Assembly (NCBI RefSeq): GCF_020745735.1 | Contig: NC_083418.1 | Span: forward strand, 49,369,776 to 49,433,775 | DNA from: Hemiscyllium ocellatum | Lineage: Eukaryota | Direction: 5' to 3' | DNA length: 64,000 nt | Shown: piece by piece, positions 24,982 to 38,700 of the stretch | Position numbering within the stretch: position 1 is the first letter of the stretch | Layout of the letters: each line of letters opens with the position of its first letter | Translations under genes and position numbers: made by a program | The notes under the pieces: model-generated | What the model was told of the DNA's origin: nothing | Database searches by the model: none | Seen by the model: only the letters and a program-made list of their open reading frames with translations

Positions 24982-26174
24982 CATGTCTACAATTATTTTA
25001 CAAAATGGCTTCTTAGCAAGGAGGGCAAACCTTTGACCATAAAATGGCTTCCTAATACATTGTGCCAGAATCCCTTCAATGTTAGGTTCAGAATAATTTC
25101 TACAAGGAGCAGACTTCTGCTTTCTAAGCATTGAATCGTTCTGTATCTGGGGCTGAGATGTTACCATAAAGGTGCATTTAAACTGACTCATTAGCCTTTG
25201 AATTAACATGCTTTCTTTTCAGGGTTGTGATTCAAGTTCAAATAAGACGTAAGATCTGATTAGTTGGAATTGACAGTAGAGCAGCCTGTAAGGTCTGTAA
25301 AGGGGTCTGCAAGAACAGCAAGTTAAGGCTTCATCAATATTACTTTTTACAGAGTTTGTCTTTAATAACCGGTAATGGCTACTCAATATCATCATAAAGT
25401 CCCAAAACGCAATTAAATTCAATCCATAGCAGATAATCACGAAGAGTTAATTTTCTACCTACTCCAACAGCCTCAGCACTAAATGGTCTCTCTCACTAAT
25501 GTCCTTTTGAACTCTCAACTCAGGGTTTTGCAACAGCAAAGATTTTTTTTCTCTTTATGTGTCTGCCCCGCTTGCAAGGGGTAGGAAGAATCCATTATAA
25601 TTAACAGCATCTGACCGTTAATTACAAAGTTTTTGATAGTACCGAGTTTTGTTTCAGGGTCAGCATCGAACACTGTCATTAATCTCACAAGGGAACAGCT
25701 GTGAATGTTATCACTTGGTGTTTACACAGATTCACCGATGTGAAGGCGAATGTTCTTAATTGCTTTACAGCATTCTGTTATCACTTGGTGAGCACAGATG
25801 TTCCTATCTTCTGCATTCCTTGAGTTCCCCCTTTGTCTGAACCTTCCTGCTTGTCTATTTTCTAGTGCAGTAAATGTGTTCTATAATTCAAAAGCATTAC
25901 ATTTTAGTCTTAATGTTTAAAGACAAGTTTTGAGACTTTCTCACCTTTTCCCCAAAACCCTTGATTCCCTCTAATGAGACTACCACTCAGTTCCAGGTGT
26001 AACCATTTAAGTTGATATAATTCAACCAAATACTGTAGTGGCATTTGAGTTTCTGTTCCACAGTCCCCAGAGCATTTGGTTTGGCCCCTAGACTCGTAGA
26101 ATTATGGTATTATCATCATGCCACAATCTCCACCTCCCTACACCATTAAAATCATATTTTAATGCCAACAGCAC

Positions 26175-26500
26175 TAAACATAAGAACATAAGAAAAAGGA
26201 GCAGGAGTAAGGCAGTGTGTACCTTCGATCCTGCTCCTCCATTATATAAGATCATGGCTGATCTTTTCATGGACTCAGCTCCATATACCCGGACTCTCAC
26301 CGTACCCCTTAATTCCTTTATTTTTCAAAATAATCTACCTTAGCTTTAAAAACATTCACTGAAGTAGCATCATCTACTTCACTGGGCAAAGAATTTCATA
26401 GATTAACAATCCTGGGTGAAGAGGTTCCTTCTCAATTCAGTCCTAAATCTGCTCCTTCTAATCTTGAGGCTATGCCCCCTTGTCCTAGTTTCACCTGCCA
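26175..26500 (-). mobile_element. CR1 LINE 3' end (second subfamily)
   Basis: ETRTRGHSLKIR...RTELRRNLFTQ with an (aacataag)n tail. Confidence 0.8.
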
Positions 26501-26799
26501 GTGGCTCCAGGTTAGTACCCAGTATTTGGAAAAATGCAAATAATGAAGAAAATAGTGGGCAGAAATATTGCACTCCAAAGAGACATGATAATTTGGAGTC
26601 ATCACCGGCAGGGGAAGATATAGCAGGGTGCATCCATGGGTTGGATTATGTCTTTGCTTGCCTCAGATTCTCACTGAGATGAGGAAGAAAGAACAGAATA
26701 GAATAACCTGACTTCTATCACGAAACTGAGTCACCCATTTTCCTACATGAACATGAACAACTAATTGGCTCCTTTCTCAGTATCCACAGCTGGATTAAA

Positions 26800-28070
26800 G
26801 TTTTAGAGTCATGGAGCCACAGAGAGGTACAGCATGGAAACAGACCCTTCGGTCCAACTCATCCATGCCAACCAGATATCCAAACACAATCTACACCACC
26901 TGCCAGCACGTAGCCCATATCCCTCCAAACCCTTCCTATTCATATCCCATCCGGAAGCCTTTTAAATGTTGCAATTGTACTGGCCTCCACCACTTCCTCT
27001 AACAGCTCATTCCACACACGTACCACCGTCTGCGTGAAAACATTGCCCCTTAGGTCTCTTTTATATCTTTCTCCTCTCACCCTAAACCTATGCCCTCTAG
27101 TTCTGGACTCCACCACCGCAGGGAAGAGACTTTGTCTATTTATCCTATCCAGGCCCTATGATTTTATAAATCTCTATAAGGTCGCCCCTCCGATGCTGCA
27201 AGGAAAACAGCCAAAGCCTATTTAACCTCTCCCTATAGCTCAAATCCTCCAACTCTGTCAATATCTTTGTAAATCTTTTCTGAACCCTTTCAGGTTTCAC
27301 AACCTCCTTCCGATAGGAAGGAGACCAGAATTGCACACAATATTCCAACAGTGGCCTAACCAATGTCCTGTACAGCTGCACCATGACCTCCCAACTCCTG
27401 TACTCAATACTCTGACCAATAAAAGAAAGCATACCAAATGCCTTCTTCATTATCCTATCTACTTGCGACTCTACTTTCAAGGAGCTATGAACCTGCACTC
27501 CAAGGTCTCTTTGTTCAGCAACAATCCCTAGGACCTTACCATTAAGTGTATAAGTCCTGCTAAGATCTGCTTTCCCTAAATGCAGCACCTCGCATTTATC
27601 TGAATTAAACTCTGTCTGCCACATCACAGCCCATTGGCCCATCTGGTCAAAATCCTGTTGTAATCTGAGGTAACTCTCTTTCGCTGTCCACTACACCTCC
27701 AACTTTGGTGTCATCTGCAAACTTACTAACTGTACCTCTAATGCTCGCATCCAAATCATTTATGTAAATGACAAAAAGTAGAGGATCCAGCATCAATCGT
27801 TGTGGCACTCCACTGGTCACAGGCCTCCAGTCTGAAAAACAACCTTTCACCACCACCCTCTGTCTTCTAACTTTAAGCCAGTTCTGTATCCAAATGGCTA
27901 GTTCTCTCTGTATTCCATGAGATCTAACCTTGCTAATTAGTCTCCCATGGGGAACCTTGTTGAAGGCCTTACTGAAGTCCACATGGATCACATCTACTGC
28001 TCTGCCCTCATCAATTCTCTTTGTTCCTTCTTCAATAATCTCAATCAAGTTTGTGAGACATGATTTTCTG
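26800..28070 (-). mobile_element. CR1/HER1-like LINE RT fragment
   Basis: DFSKAFNKVPHGRL, TSGVPQ, SKFADDTKVGG, RPLLEYCVQFWSP. Confidence 0.9.
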
Positions 28071-28734
28071 GGACTTTTGTTTATTTTGAGAATATCTATT
28101 TGGAAGATTAGCATGCGAAACATTGCTAAAAATAACAAACTTTATTCTTTCTGGATTACCAAGGCTAATTCTAATTCCTTAACAGTAGCAAATTTTAACA
28201 CACTACCCAGCTGTCACTGAACTGACTCAAAGTTTTTCCATCAATCCCCCATTTTGGTTCTTCTAAAAATGTTGTGAAGCGAGGTCTATTAGAGCAGAGA
28301 GAAGAGACATGTGAAACCTTGGTAGGTCATGGGGAAGTGGAGGTGAAAGGGGTTGTGGACGCTGCTAGAGCAAGCCAGGTGAGAGACTCGTGTGAGCAAG
28401 AGGGAGGGAGGGGATGGGAGAGCCATGACAATGATTTGGTGATGGGGTGTGGCTGAGGAGAGCAGTAGAGTGGGTGACAAATGCAACAGTGGGGAATAGA
28501 GAATGTCTGAGAGATAGTGACAGTGGTTGTGGGGGAGCAATAGGGAAAGGAGCTTAGAGCCCTATGATAGTGAGGTCAGGAGAGGAGGAGAGGGACTGTG
28601 ACAGTGATGAGTAAGAGGATCTGCATGTGGAATGAAAGCTGCTTTACCCAAAGAGTTTTAATTAAGAAGCACTTATTGATCAACTGAATTTTCAAGGTAG
28701 CAATAAGGCATCAGGGATCAGGGAGTGAGGTCAT

Positions 28735-29715
28735 ACAAAGAACAAATAACAGTACAGCACAAGAATAGGCCCTTTGGCCCATCAAAACTGCTTCAACACA
28801 CGATGTCTTTCTAAAGTAACATCCTTTGCCTCTACACAGAATGTATCCCTCTATTGCCTGCCTATATCTGTGAAGGCATCTCTTAAACTTTGCTATTTTG
28901 TTTTCCTCCACCACCTCTGCAAACATCTCAAATTTGTCCAATTTCTCATTATAGCTAATACCCTTCAAGTCAAGCAACATCCTGGTAACCTTTTTCTGGA
29001 GCATCTCCAAAGCCTCCACCATGTTTTAGGAGTGTGGTGACGAGAACTGTACACAATATTCCAAATGTAGCAAAACTCAACCTTTATGCAGCTGCAACAT
29101 GGCTTGCCAACTTTTATATTCTATGGTCCAACTGATGAAGGTGAGCATGCCATACAACTTCTTGACCATTTTATCCACTCGTATTGCAACTTTCAGGGCA
29201 CCTTGCACCTGTATGCCTAGCTCCCTCTGTATGTTGATGCTATTGAGCATTTTGCCAATTACCTTCTATTTCCCTCCTGCATTGGATGTTTGAAAATGTA
29301 CCACCACACACTTTTCCAGGTAAAACTCCGTCTGCCATTTCTCCATCCAGGTCTCCAGCCTATCTATATAGAATCATAGAGTCATAGAGATGTACAGCAC
29401 GGAAACAGACACTTCGGTCCAACCCATGCATGCCGACCAGATATTCCAACCCAATCTAGTCCTACCTGCCAGCACCTTGCCCATATCCCTCCAAACCCTT
29501 CCTGTTCATATACAAATCCAGATGCCTTTTAAATGTTGCAATTGTACCAGCCTCTAGCACTTCCTCTGGCAGCTCATTCCATACACCTACCACTCTCTGC
29601 GTGAAAATGTTGCCCTCAGGTTTCTTTCATATCTTTCCCCTCTCACCCTAAACCTATGCACTCTAGTTCCGGACTCCACCACCTCAGGGAAGAGACTTTG
29701 TCTATGTATCCTAAC
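28735..29715 (-). mobile_element. Two adjacent CR1 3' fragments (about 28735-29368 old; about 29370-29715 young)
   Basis: Two separate CR1 tails (agaacaaataacagtacagcac; gaatcatagagtcatagagatg) with RT C-terminal remnants. Confidence 0.8.
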
Positions 29716-31817
29716 CATGCCCCACATGATTGTCTCCACTCTAATGGGTGGAATTTTACCTTCTACTCCAACCTGCACAAGTGCCACATGAGAATTGATA
29801 TTTTCTTTATTCCGTTGTTTTGTTTTGACTCAGTGATTGGGGACATAACCATTTCAGATCATGTGACAGTGTATTTGGATGTCAAGATTAAGGGTAGTGG
29901 AACAGTTACACAGCACTGACACATGGATCCAATTCTGTTGAGGGCTGGCAACTTTGTAGAGTACATGGGGAATGGCCTGTAATCCATCGGTGCTTTGGGA
30001 GACCACCAAGGCGTATTTAAGGGGTTTGATTATCTCATACTCAACAACTAGAAAGAGGCAGAGAGGGAAGCAGCAGCAGATGCTTGAGGCTCAGCTGAAA
30101 GCAGCTGAGTCAGCATATTATAGCAGACCGTCTGTGGTTAAGTTACAGTGGGTCATGGCTTTCCGGGCTGCTCTGGACTCAGTGCTCACACAAGCGGCAA
30201 AGAGAGGGACCTCCTTTGCAATGCAAAGGTTGTTCGAATACGGGGAAAAATCAGGTGGTACCTGGCTAGGAAGAAAAGTGCTCCACAGTCCATTGTATCT
30301 ATTAGGGAGAGAGCTAGTAACATCACCTGCAAGCTGAAAAAGATTGATGCTAGATTTTGGGAATTCTATGCCGAGTTATACCTGTCGGAGGGCTGTGAGG
30401 ATGGAATCCTTTTTCAGGAACCTGGACCTCCCCAGTATAAGCGCAGAGCAGGCCTCCCTTTTAAATGCACCCCTGACAATACAAGAGGTACAAGAGGTAG
30501 TAAGGCATCTCCAAAGTGGCAAAGCACCTGGCCCAGATGAGTTCCCAAGTGAGTTTTACAAGGAGTTCATAAACATGCTGGCCGAGCCACTTCTGGGGAT
30601 GTACAGTCACTCGTCTAGCCAAGACTGCCTCCCGCCCTTCCTTAGGGAGGCCAATATCTCCCTCATTTTAAAGAAAGGGAAAGATCCTGAGGATTGTGTC
30701 TCGTACAGACCTATCTCGTTGTCGAATGTAGACTTCAAAATTTTATCAAAGGTGCTGGCCCTGAGGTTGGAAAAAGTACTGACAGTTATTAGAAAAAAAG
30801 ACCAGATGGGTTTTATCAAAGGCTGTAGCTCTTCCAATAATATCAGGACAGTACTGAACATAGTGCAAGTATGTCAGCAGAGATAGATTTCGGGCTTGGT
30901 GGTCTCACAAGATTCGGAAAAGGCATTTGATCAGGTAGAATGGTTGTATCTCTTTGGTGTTCCAGATCATTTTGGTCTTTGGGGGGGCCTTTGCTAGGTT
31001 GGTGGCAGTGCTATATAATAATCCCAAGGTGGCAATCATCACGAATGGTGTTAAATCAGATAATTTTAGTGTAGGGAGAGGCAGCCGCCAGGGATGACCT
31101 CTCTCACCGCTATTATTCACCTTGGTAATTGAGCCATTGGCAGAGGCCATCCGAAGGACGCAGAAATAATGGCACCAAAGGTAGGAATGGAGGAGCATAA
31201 AAATATTCTTTACGCTGATGATGTCCTTCTGTTTCTGGCTAACTTGGAAAAGTCTGTACTCCAGCTAATACCAAAAATTAAATTCTTCGCAAATTTTTGG
31301 GAGACAGGCTAAATTTTGCAAAGTCGAAAGTCATGCCCGTAGGGGTATTGATAAGAGTGCCTGAGCTGGAAGATGGAACACAGTTTCCCTTTCGGTGGTT
31401 GCAAAAAGGTTTTCTCTATCAGGGATTTTTTATTACCCCCATCTTCCATCAGCTGTATATAGCTAACTTGGTGCAATTATTTGATAGGATAAAACAAGAG
31501 CTCAGTGGGAGGGGCTACCAATATTTGATTAAGCCAAATAGCCTTGATTAAAATGAATGTTTTTCCTTGGCTATTATACCCTACACGGATGTTCTTGTTG
31601 TTGCTTCTCAGACATGTGCTGTGGTGGTTCACTGGCTGGCTTGACTCCTTTATTTGGTGCCATAGGCGCCCCCTAGTTAAATTTACTAAGTTTCAACTCC
31701 TGCAGGGAATGGAGGGGGTGGATCTTCCTGATCTGAGGAGATACCAAATAGGTGCCCTGTTGTCATATGTGGGTGATTAGCCTTACAGGCAAGGTGTCCC
31801 CTTGTTAATTTACTGTT

Positions 31818-31978
31818 TAGATTAGATTAGATTCCCTACAGTGTGGAAACAAGCCCTTCGGCCCAACAAGTCCACACTGACCTTCCGAAGAGCAACCCAT
31901 CCAGACCCATTCCCCTATACCTAAAACTACAGGCAATTTAGCACGGCCAATTCACCTAATCTGCACATCTTTGGACTG
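31818..31978 (-). mobile_element. 5'-truncated V-SINE nested in L1
   Basis: attagattagattccctacagtgtggaaac...ctttggactg interrupts the L1 ORF2 remnant. Confidence 0.85.
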
Positions 31979-33068
31979 CTGCCCCTATAGACAAGATGTT
32001 GTGAGTGGCTGAGCATTGTGTGAGCCCAATTATCTTAAATATGGTGAAAGCGTGGAGAATAATGTGGCAAGGTGAGGGCAATTTGCTTAAGACCTTGCTG
32101 TTCACTCTATTAGGGAAGTCCCAGGATTTAGGTTGGGGTCAATGGACTCTGGCTTCAAAGCATGGGAGGGTAAGGGAGTCTCCTAATTGGGCGACCTATT
32201 TGAGGGAGAGGTCTTAATTTTAACCAATTAAGTCAGAACTATGGATTACCTAGTAGGGACTTCTTCCAGTCCTTTCAGGTTAGGGATTATATACAGACGA
32301 AGACCACACTCTTGGCTCAGCCCTACAAGTCGAACATAGAGAGAAGAGTGCTCTGATGTGGGGGCGCTCTCTCAGTCAGTACCCTAGACCATTTGCAGAG
32401 AGGAAGTGCCTTTGGAGACATGAAGAGAATCCATGGGACCTGGAATCAGGAACTAGGAGGGGAAATTTCATTGGAAACATCGGAGGATATATGAAAGAAT
32501 CTGAAGAAAATCTGAATATGTAATAAAGCACAAGCTATGCAACTGAAGATCCTTCACAGGGCCTATATGGCACCAGAGAGGTTATTTAAGTTTAAGAAAA
32601 GATCTTCTCCAGAATGTCCTAAATGCAAAATTAGCATAGCCACCGTGATACATTGCTTCTGGTCATGTTACAAGACTCATGGGATACTGGGGTGCCATAG
32701 TGAATGAACTGGAGAGGATCCTGGAAATTGAAGTTAGGGTGGACCCAGTATCCCTTCTTTTGGGCCTGCTGAATCTCCCCTTTCTGGGTGAACACAGGAA
32801 GAGGTTATTTAACATTCTTACTTTGCAAGGACGAACATTCTAATGAACTGAACATCAGAAAAACTACCAAGTCTTTCAGGGTGATTCAGGCTTGTGATGG
32901 AGCACATACCACAAGACTATCTTACAAATATGATGCACCATGGAACGGAGCAATTCTATAAGACGTGGTGAATGTTTACAAAGTATATAAATACAGATTT
33001 ATTGGCGATATTGCTTAGGGCCTTTGTATATCCATGGGAGCTGGATTTGGTGATCCGGGAACCTGCGG

Positions 33069-33098
33069 GTGTGTGTGTGTGTGTGCGCGCGCGCATGC
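33069..33098. repeat. (GT)n(GC)n alternating purine-pyrimidine tract
   Basis: gtgtgtgtgtgtgtgtgcgcgcgcgcatgc at the start of the L1 3'UTR; potential Z-DNA. Confidence 0.7.
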
Positions 33099-33559
33099 AC
33101 AGGCCTAGTAAATATGGGTAGAAAAACTGTTGCTCCCATGGACTGGAGCTTCGGTGGAAGTGAGGCAAGTGGAGTCATGTAATATAATTTAATTAAAAAT
33201 AATTATAATTTAATTCAATTGCACTTCATTTCATTTGATTTTAATTTAATTTCAGTTAAGTAAGTAGGAGATGATTGTATCCCGTAGCGTAGTATCATTG
33301 CTAATATCATTGTAATTTAATAATGTTCTATTATCTCTATTCTTCTGTATCTTTGTATTTTTATGACGTTTCTGTAAAAGAGTAAACATATTTTCCAACA
33401 AAAATATATATATTAAATGACGTGCTTCAGACCACCAGTCATGCCATGTTCAGTAACCTCGCCCTATCTGTTCTTCCTCTTAGCCTTACTAGCCTTACTC
33501 TCAAACTCCTCAGCAGTCATTTTGCTTCCTGATCAACTGTTCTGCTTCCAGCCACACTA

Positions 33560-34370
33560 GTTTAAATCTTCCTTACTTGCATTAGCAAACCCTGTTAGAC
33601 AATCAGTGCCACTCAAGGTTAGCTGCCATCTGTCCTTTCTGTATAGGTCCTAGGTGCTCTGGAAGATATCCCAATGATCCACATACCTGAAGCCCTCCCT
33701 CCTACATCAGTCCTTTGGCCACATATTTAGTCATAGTGTCATAAAGATGTAAGCACGGAAACAGACCCTTCAATCGAATGGTACTATCTTCCTAGTCCTA
33801 GTATCACTGGCAAACGTCACAGGATGCAATCCCAAGATTACACCTTAGAGGTTCTGCTTTTCAACTTCCCACCTAACTCCCTGAACACGCATTGCAGAAC
33901 CTCATCCCTCTTTCTGCCTATGTTGTTGGTACCAATATGGACCACAACATCTGGCTGAACAACACCATTGCCACCACCATCAACATCTGCCACCTCCCCA
34001 CACCTCCCCCCCCCTGCACTTTTAGAATATCCTGTACCCACTCAGAGACGTTCTTGACCTTGACACTTTGCATGCAGCACACCATCCCGGGGTCTCCCTT
34101 GCAGCCACAGAAATACCTATCCGTGCCCCTAATTACAGAATGTTCTATCCCTACTACTCACCTACACTCTGACCGTTCCTGGTGTACAACAGCAACCAAT
34201 TATAGTGCCACTGCGCTGGCTGCTGCTGTTACTTCCCCATGAGAGGCCATCCTCTCTAACAGTATCCAAAAAGATATACCTGTTTGAGAGGAGAATGTCC
34301 CATGAGACTCCTATACTGCCTGGCCACATTTACTCATCTTCCTGGTGGTCATCCAGCTCTTCTCTGTCTG
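33560..34370 (-). mobile_element. CR1 ORF1 remnant (SGNH esterase-like domain)
   Basis: QPDVVVHIGTNNIGRKRDEVLQ...ELGGKLKSRTSKV matches the GTND block of the CR1 ORF1 esterase. Confidence 0.75.
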
Positions 34371-34539
34371 TTTAGTATATCCACGATTGGAATAAATTAC
34401 AATCCGTCAAAGGGGCCCCACATCCTTTAGCATTTGGTCTCTGCTCCATGGCAACCATTGATTCAAATTTTCAACCATTGACCCTATTAGGGATTTCAAC
34501 CCATAGGATTGGGAAGCCTACAGTAACTCTGAGGCCATA

Positions 34540-35280
34540 AGTGTAGGAATAGAATTAGACCATAAAGCCCATCAGTACTGCTCTACCATTCAATCATGGT
34601 GGATGTGTTTTTCAATTCCATTTTTCTGCCTCTCCTTGTAACCTTTGGTCCCCTTACTGATCAAGAATCGGTGTATCTTTGCCTTAAAGACGCCCAATGA
34701 TTTGGCTTCCACAGCCTTCTATGGCAATAACTTCCACAGATTAACCACTCAATGGATGAAAAAAAATCCTCCTCATCTCCATTCTAAAGAGTCGTGCCTT
34801 TACTCTGAAGCTGTGCACTTAGCTCCTAGTTGCTCCTACTAGTGAAAAAATTTGCCCAAGTCTACTCTATCCAGGTCTCTCAGTATTCTGTCAGTTTCAA
34901 TCAGATACCCCCTCTTCCTTCTAAACTCCATTGAGAAAAGACATAGATTCCTCAACTGCTCACATTCCAAATGCTTCATCCCCAGGACCCCCTCCAAGGC
35001 CAGGACATGCTTCCTTAGATACAGCATCCAAAACTGCTCATAATATTCCAAATGTAGTCTGACCAGAGCCTTCAAAATCCTCAGGAGTACATCTCTACTC
35101 GTGTATTCGAGCCCTCTTGAAATTAATGCTATCATTGCGTTTGCCTTTCTAACTGCCAACTGAACTTGCATGTTCATCTTCAGAGAATCCTGAACTAAGA
35201 CTCCCAGATCCCTTTGTTTTTCAGGTTTCTGAAGCCTGATGCTTCCCCATTTCACATGATTGCTATTTTGTAACTTCATT
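34540..35280 (-). mobile_element. CR1 LINE 3' fragment
   Basis: QRDLGVLVQDSLK...LYKALVRLHLEY remnant. Confidence 0.82.
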
Positions 35281-35734
35281 TGTGTGAAGTTACCAAGTAA
35301 GTTTTTGGTTCAGTAAGATAAATACTATGAACTGATGATAAACACCCTGTATTTTAACCTTGGCCTATACAGAAATATTGGTGACTGACTTTACATACAC
35401 TTCGATATGCATACTGCTTATATCACTGCCAACTTCTAGAGGCCAGGAATAAGCATTTCTTGAGACAATATTGAGTACCTCTGAAGAAAGTGTTGCTATT
35501 GGTGCCATTGCAGCTTGGACTGCCATCACCAGCAGTGCTACATTATGAAGATGCCATAAAATAAAAGTAATAGTCCATTAGATAAAGAACTTCTTAACAT
35601 AAGAAATAAACAAACTGCAAATAAATTAAATCCTCACCATTCCCATCTATCCATGGAATCTCCTGGGAACAGTTTGTAAATATCCATCTGAAGTGGGATA
35701 CTGAAGTTAACTTGGGATTTGATTTGTGTGTAGA

Positions 35735-38700
35735 TATAGAACATAGAACATTACAGTGTAGTATGGGCCCTTCGGCCCTCGATGATGCGCTGACCTGTGA
35801 AACTAATCTGAAATCTATCTAACCTACACTATTCCATTCTCATCCATATGCCTATCCAGTGATCATTTAAATGCACTTAAAGTTGGCGAGTCTACTCCCA
35901 TTGCAGGCAGTACATTCCATGCCCCTACTACTCTCTGCGTAAAGAAACTACCTCCAAAACTACTACATCTATCACCCTTCAATTTGAAGCTATGCCTCCT
36001 CATGCTAGCCATCACCATCCTCGGAAAAAAGCTCTCACTGTCCACCCAATCTAACCCTCTGATTACCTTATGTCTCAGTTACTTTATGTCTGTCAACCTT
36101 CTTCCCTCTAACAAAAACAGCTTCAAGTCCCTTTCCTCATAAGACCTTCCCTCCATACCAGGCAACATCCTTGTAAATCTCCTCTGAACCCTTTCCAAAA
36201 TTTCCACATCCTTCCTATAATGGAGCCCACAAGGGAGCAGGCTATTCTGGACCTAGTGCTTTGTGATGAACCAGTCTTTATAAAAGATCTTAAAGTAAGG
36301 GAACCGTTAGGAAGCAGCGATCATAATATGGTAGAGTTCAGTCTAGAGTTTGAAAGAGAGATGGCAAAATTGGATGTAATGGTGTTACAGTTAAATTAAG
36401 GTAATTATGAGGGCATGAGAGAGGAACTGACAAAAATAGACTGGAAGCAGAGCCTAGCGGGGAAGACAGTAGAGCAAAAATGGCAGAAGTTTGTGGGTAT
36501 AATTGAGAACACTGTACAGAGGTTCATCCCCAAGAAGAGAAAGATTATCCGGGGAGGGATTAGACAGCCATGGCTGACAAAGGAAGTCAGGAAATGTATT
36601 AAAGGAAAAGAGAGATCCTATAAAGTGGCCAAGAGCAGTGGGAAATCAGAAGATTGGGAAGCCTACAAAAACAAACAGAGGATAACAAAGAGAGTAATAA
36701 GAAAGGAGAAGATCAAATATGAAGGTAGGCTAGCCAGTAATATTAGAAATGATGGTAAAAGTTTCTTTCAATACATAAGAAACAAACGACAGGCAAAAGT
36801 AGCCATTGGGCCACTTCAAACTGATGCTGGAAGCCTAGTCATGGGAGATAAGGAAAAGCAGGAGAACTTAACAAGTACTTTGTGTCAGTTTTCACAGTGG
36901 AAGACATGAGTAATATCCCAATAATTAAAGGGAGTCTGGGGGCTGAGTTGAGTATGGTTACCATTACAAAAGAGAAAGTGCTAGAAAAGTTAAAAGGTCT
37001 TAAAATTGATAAATCTCCTGGCCCTGATGGGATACATCCTAGAGTTCTGACAGAGGTGGCTGAGGAAATAGCGGAGGCATTGGTTGAGATCTTTCAAGAG
37101 TCACTGGAGTCAGGGAAAGTCCCGGATGATTGGAAGATCGCTGTTGTAACCCCCTTGTTCACGAAAGGCTCAAGATAAAAGATGGAAAATTATAGGCCAA
37201 TTAGCCTAACCTCGGTTGTTGGTAAAATTCTAGAATCCATCATTAAGGATGAGGTTTCTAATTTCCTAGAAGAGCAGAGTCTGATTAGAACAAGTCAACA
37301 TGGATTTAGTAAGGGGAGGTCATGCCTGACAAACCTGTTGGTCTTCTTTGAAGAGGTGACAAGTAGGTTAGACCAGGGAAACCCAGTGGATGTGGTCTAG
37401 CTAGACTTCCAAAAGGCCTTTGATAAGGTGCCACATGGGAGGCTGCTGAGCAAGGTGAGGGCCCATGGTGTTCGAGGTGAGCTGCTGGGATGGATTGAGG
37501 ATTGGCTGTCTGACAGAAGGCAGAGAGTTGGGATAAAAGGTTCTTTTTCGGAATGGCAGCCAGTGACAAGCAGGGTTCAGTGTTGGAGCCACAGCTGTTC
37601 GCATTATATATTAATGATCTGGATGAAGAGACTGGGGGCATTCTAGCGAAGTTTACAGATAATACAAAGTTAGGTGGACAGGCAGGTAGTACTGAGGAAG
37701 TGGGGAGGCTACAGAAGGATCTAGACAGTTTGGGAGAGTGGTCCAGGAAATGGCTGATGGAATTCAACGTGAGCAAATGTGAGGTTTTGCACTTTGGCAA
37801 AAAGAATAAAAGCATAGACTACTTTCTAAACGGTGAGAAAATTCGTAAAGCCAAAGTACAAAGGGATCTGGAAGTGCTAGTTGAGGATTCTCTAAAGGTA
37901 AACATGCAGGTTGAGTCCGTGATTAAGAAAGCGAATGCAATGTTGTCACTTATCTCAAGAGGGTTGGAATATAAAAGCAGAGATGTGCTACTGAGACTTT
38001 ATAAAGCTCTGGTTAGTCTCCATTTGGAGTACTGTGTCCAGTTTTGGTCCCCACACCTCAGGAAGGACATACTGGCACTGGAAAGTGTCCAGCGGAGATT
38101 CACATGGATGATCCCTGGGATGGTTGGTCTAACATATGAGGAACGGCTGAGGATCCTGGGATTGTACTCATTGAAGTTTAGAAGATTAAGGGGAGACTTA
38201 ATAGAAACTTACAAGAGAATACATGGCTTGGAAAGGGTGGATGCTAGGAAATTTTTTTCTGTTAGGCGAGGAAACTAGGACCCGTGGACACAGCCTTAAA
38301 ATTAGAGGGGGTCAATTCAGAACAGAAATGCGGAGACATTTCTTCAGCCAGAGAGTGGTGGGCCTGTGGAATTCATTGCCACAGAGTGCAGTGGAGGCCG
38401 GGACACTAAATGTCTTCGAGGCAGAGATTGAAAGATTCTTGATGTCTCGAGGAATTAAGGGCTACGAGGAGACTGCAGGTAAATTGAGTTGAAATGCCCA
38501 TCAGCCATGATTGAATGGTGGCGTGGACTTGATGGGCCGAATGGCCTTACTTCCACTCCTATGTTTTATGGTCTTCTGGTCTAATGTGGTGACCAGAACT
38601 GCATGCAATATTCCAATTGCGGCTGCACCAGTGTTTTGTATAGCCTCAGTATGACCTAATGGTTCTGAAACTTGATTCCTTTACTAACAAAAGCTGACAC

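Larger units (their letters stand above)
29716..33410 (+). mobile_element. Decayed L1 ORF2 and 3'UTR, same family as 2170-6425
   Basis: SGKAPGPDEFPSEFYK, SYRPISLSNVDFKILSK, RQGxPLSPLLF, YADDVLL and a C-terminal CPKC...HCFWSC zinc knuckle. AT-rich 3' end; SINE inserted at 31818-31978. Confidence 0.88.
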
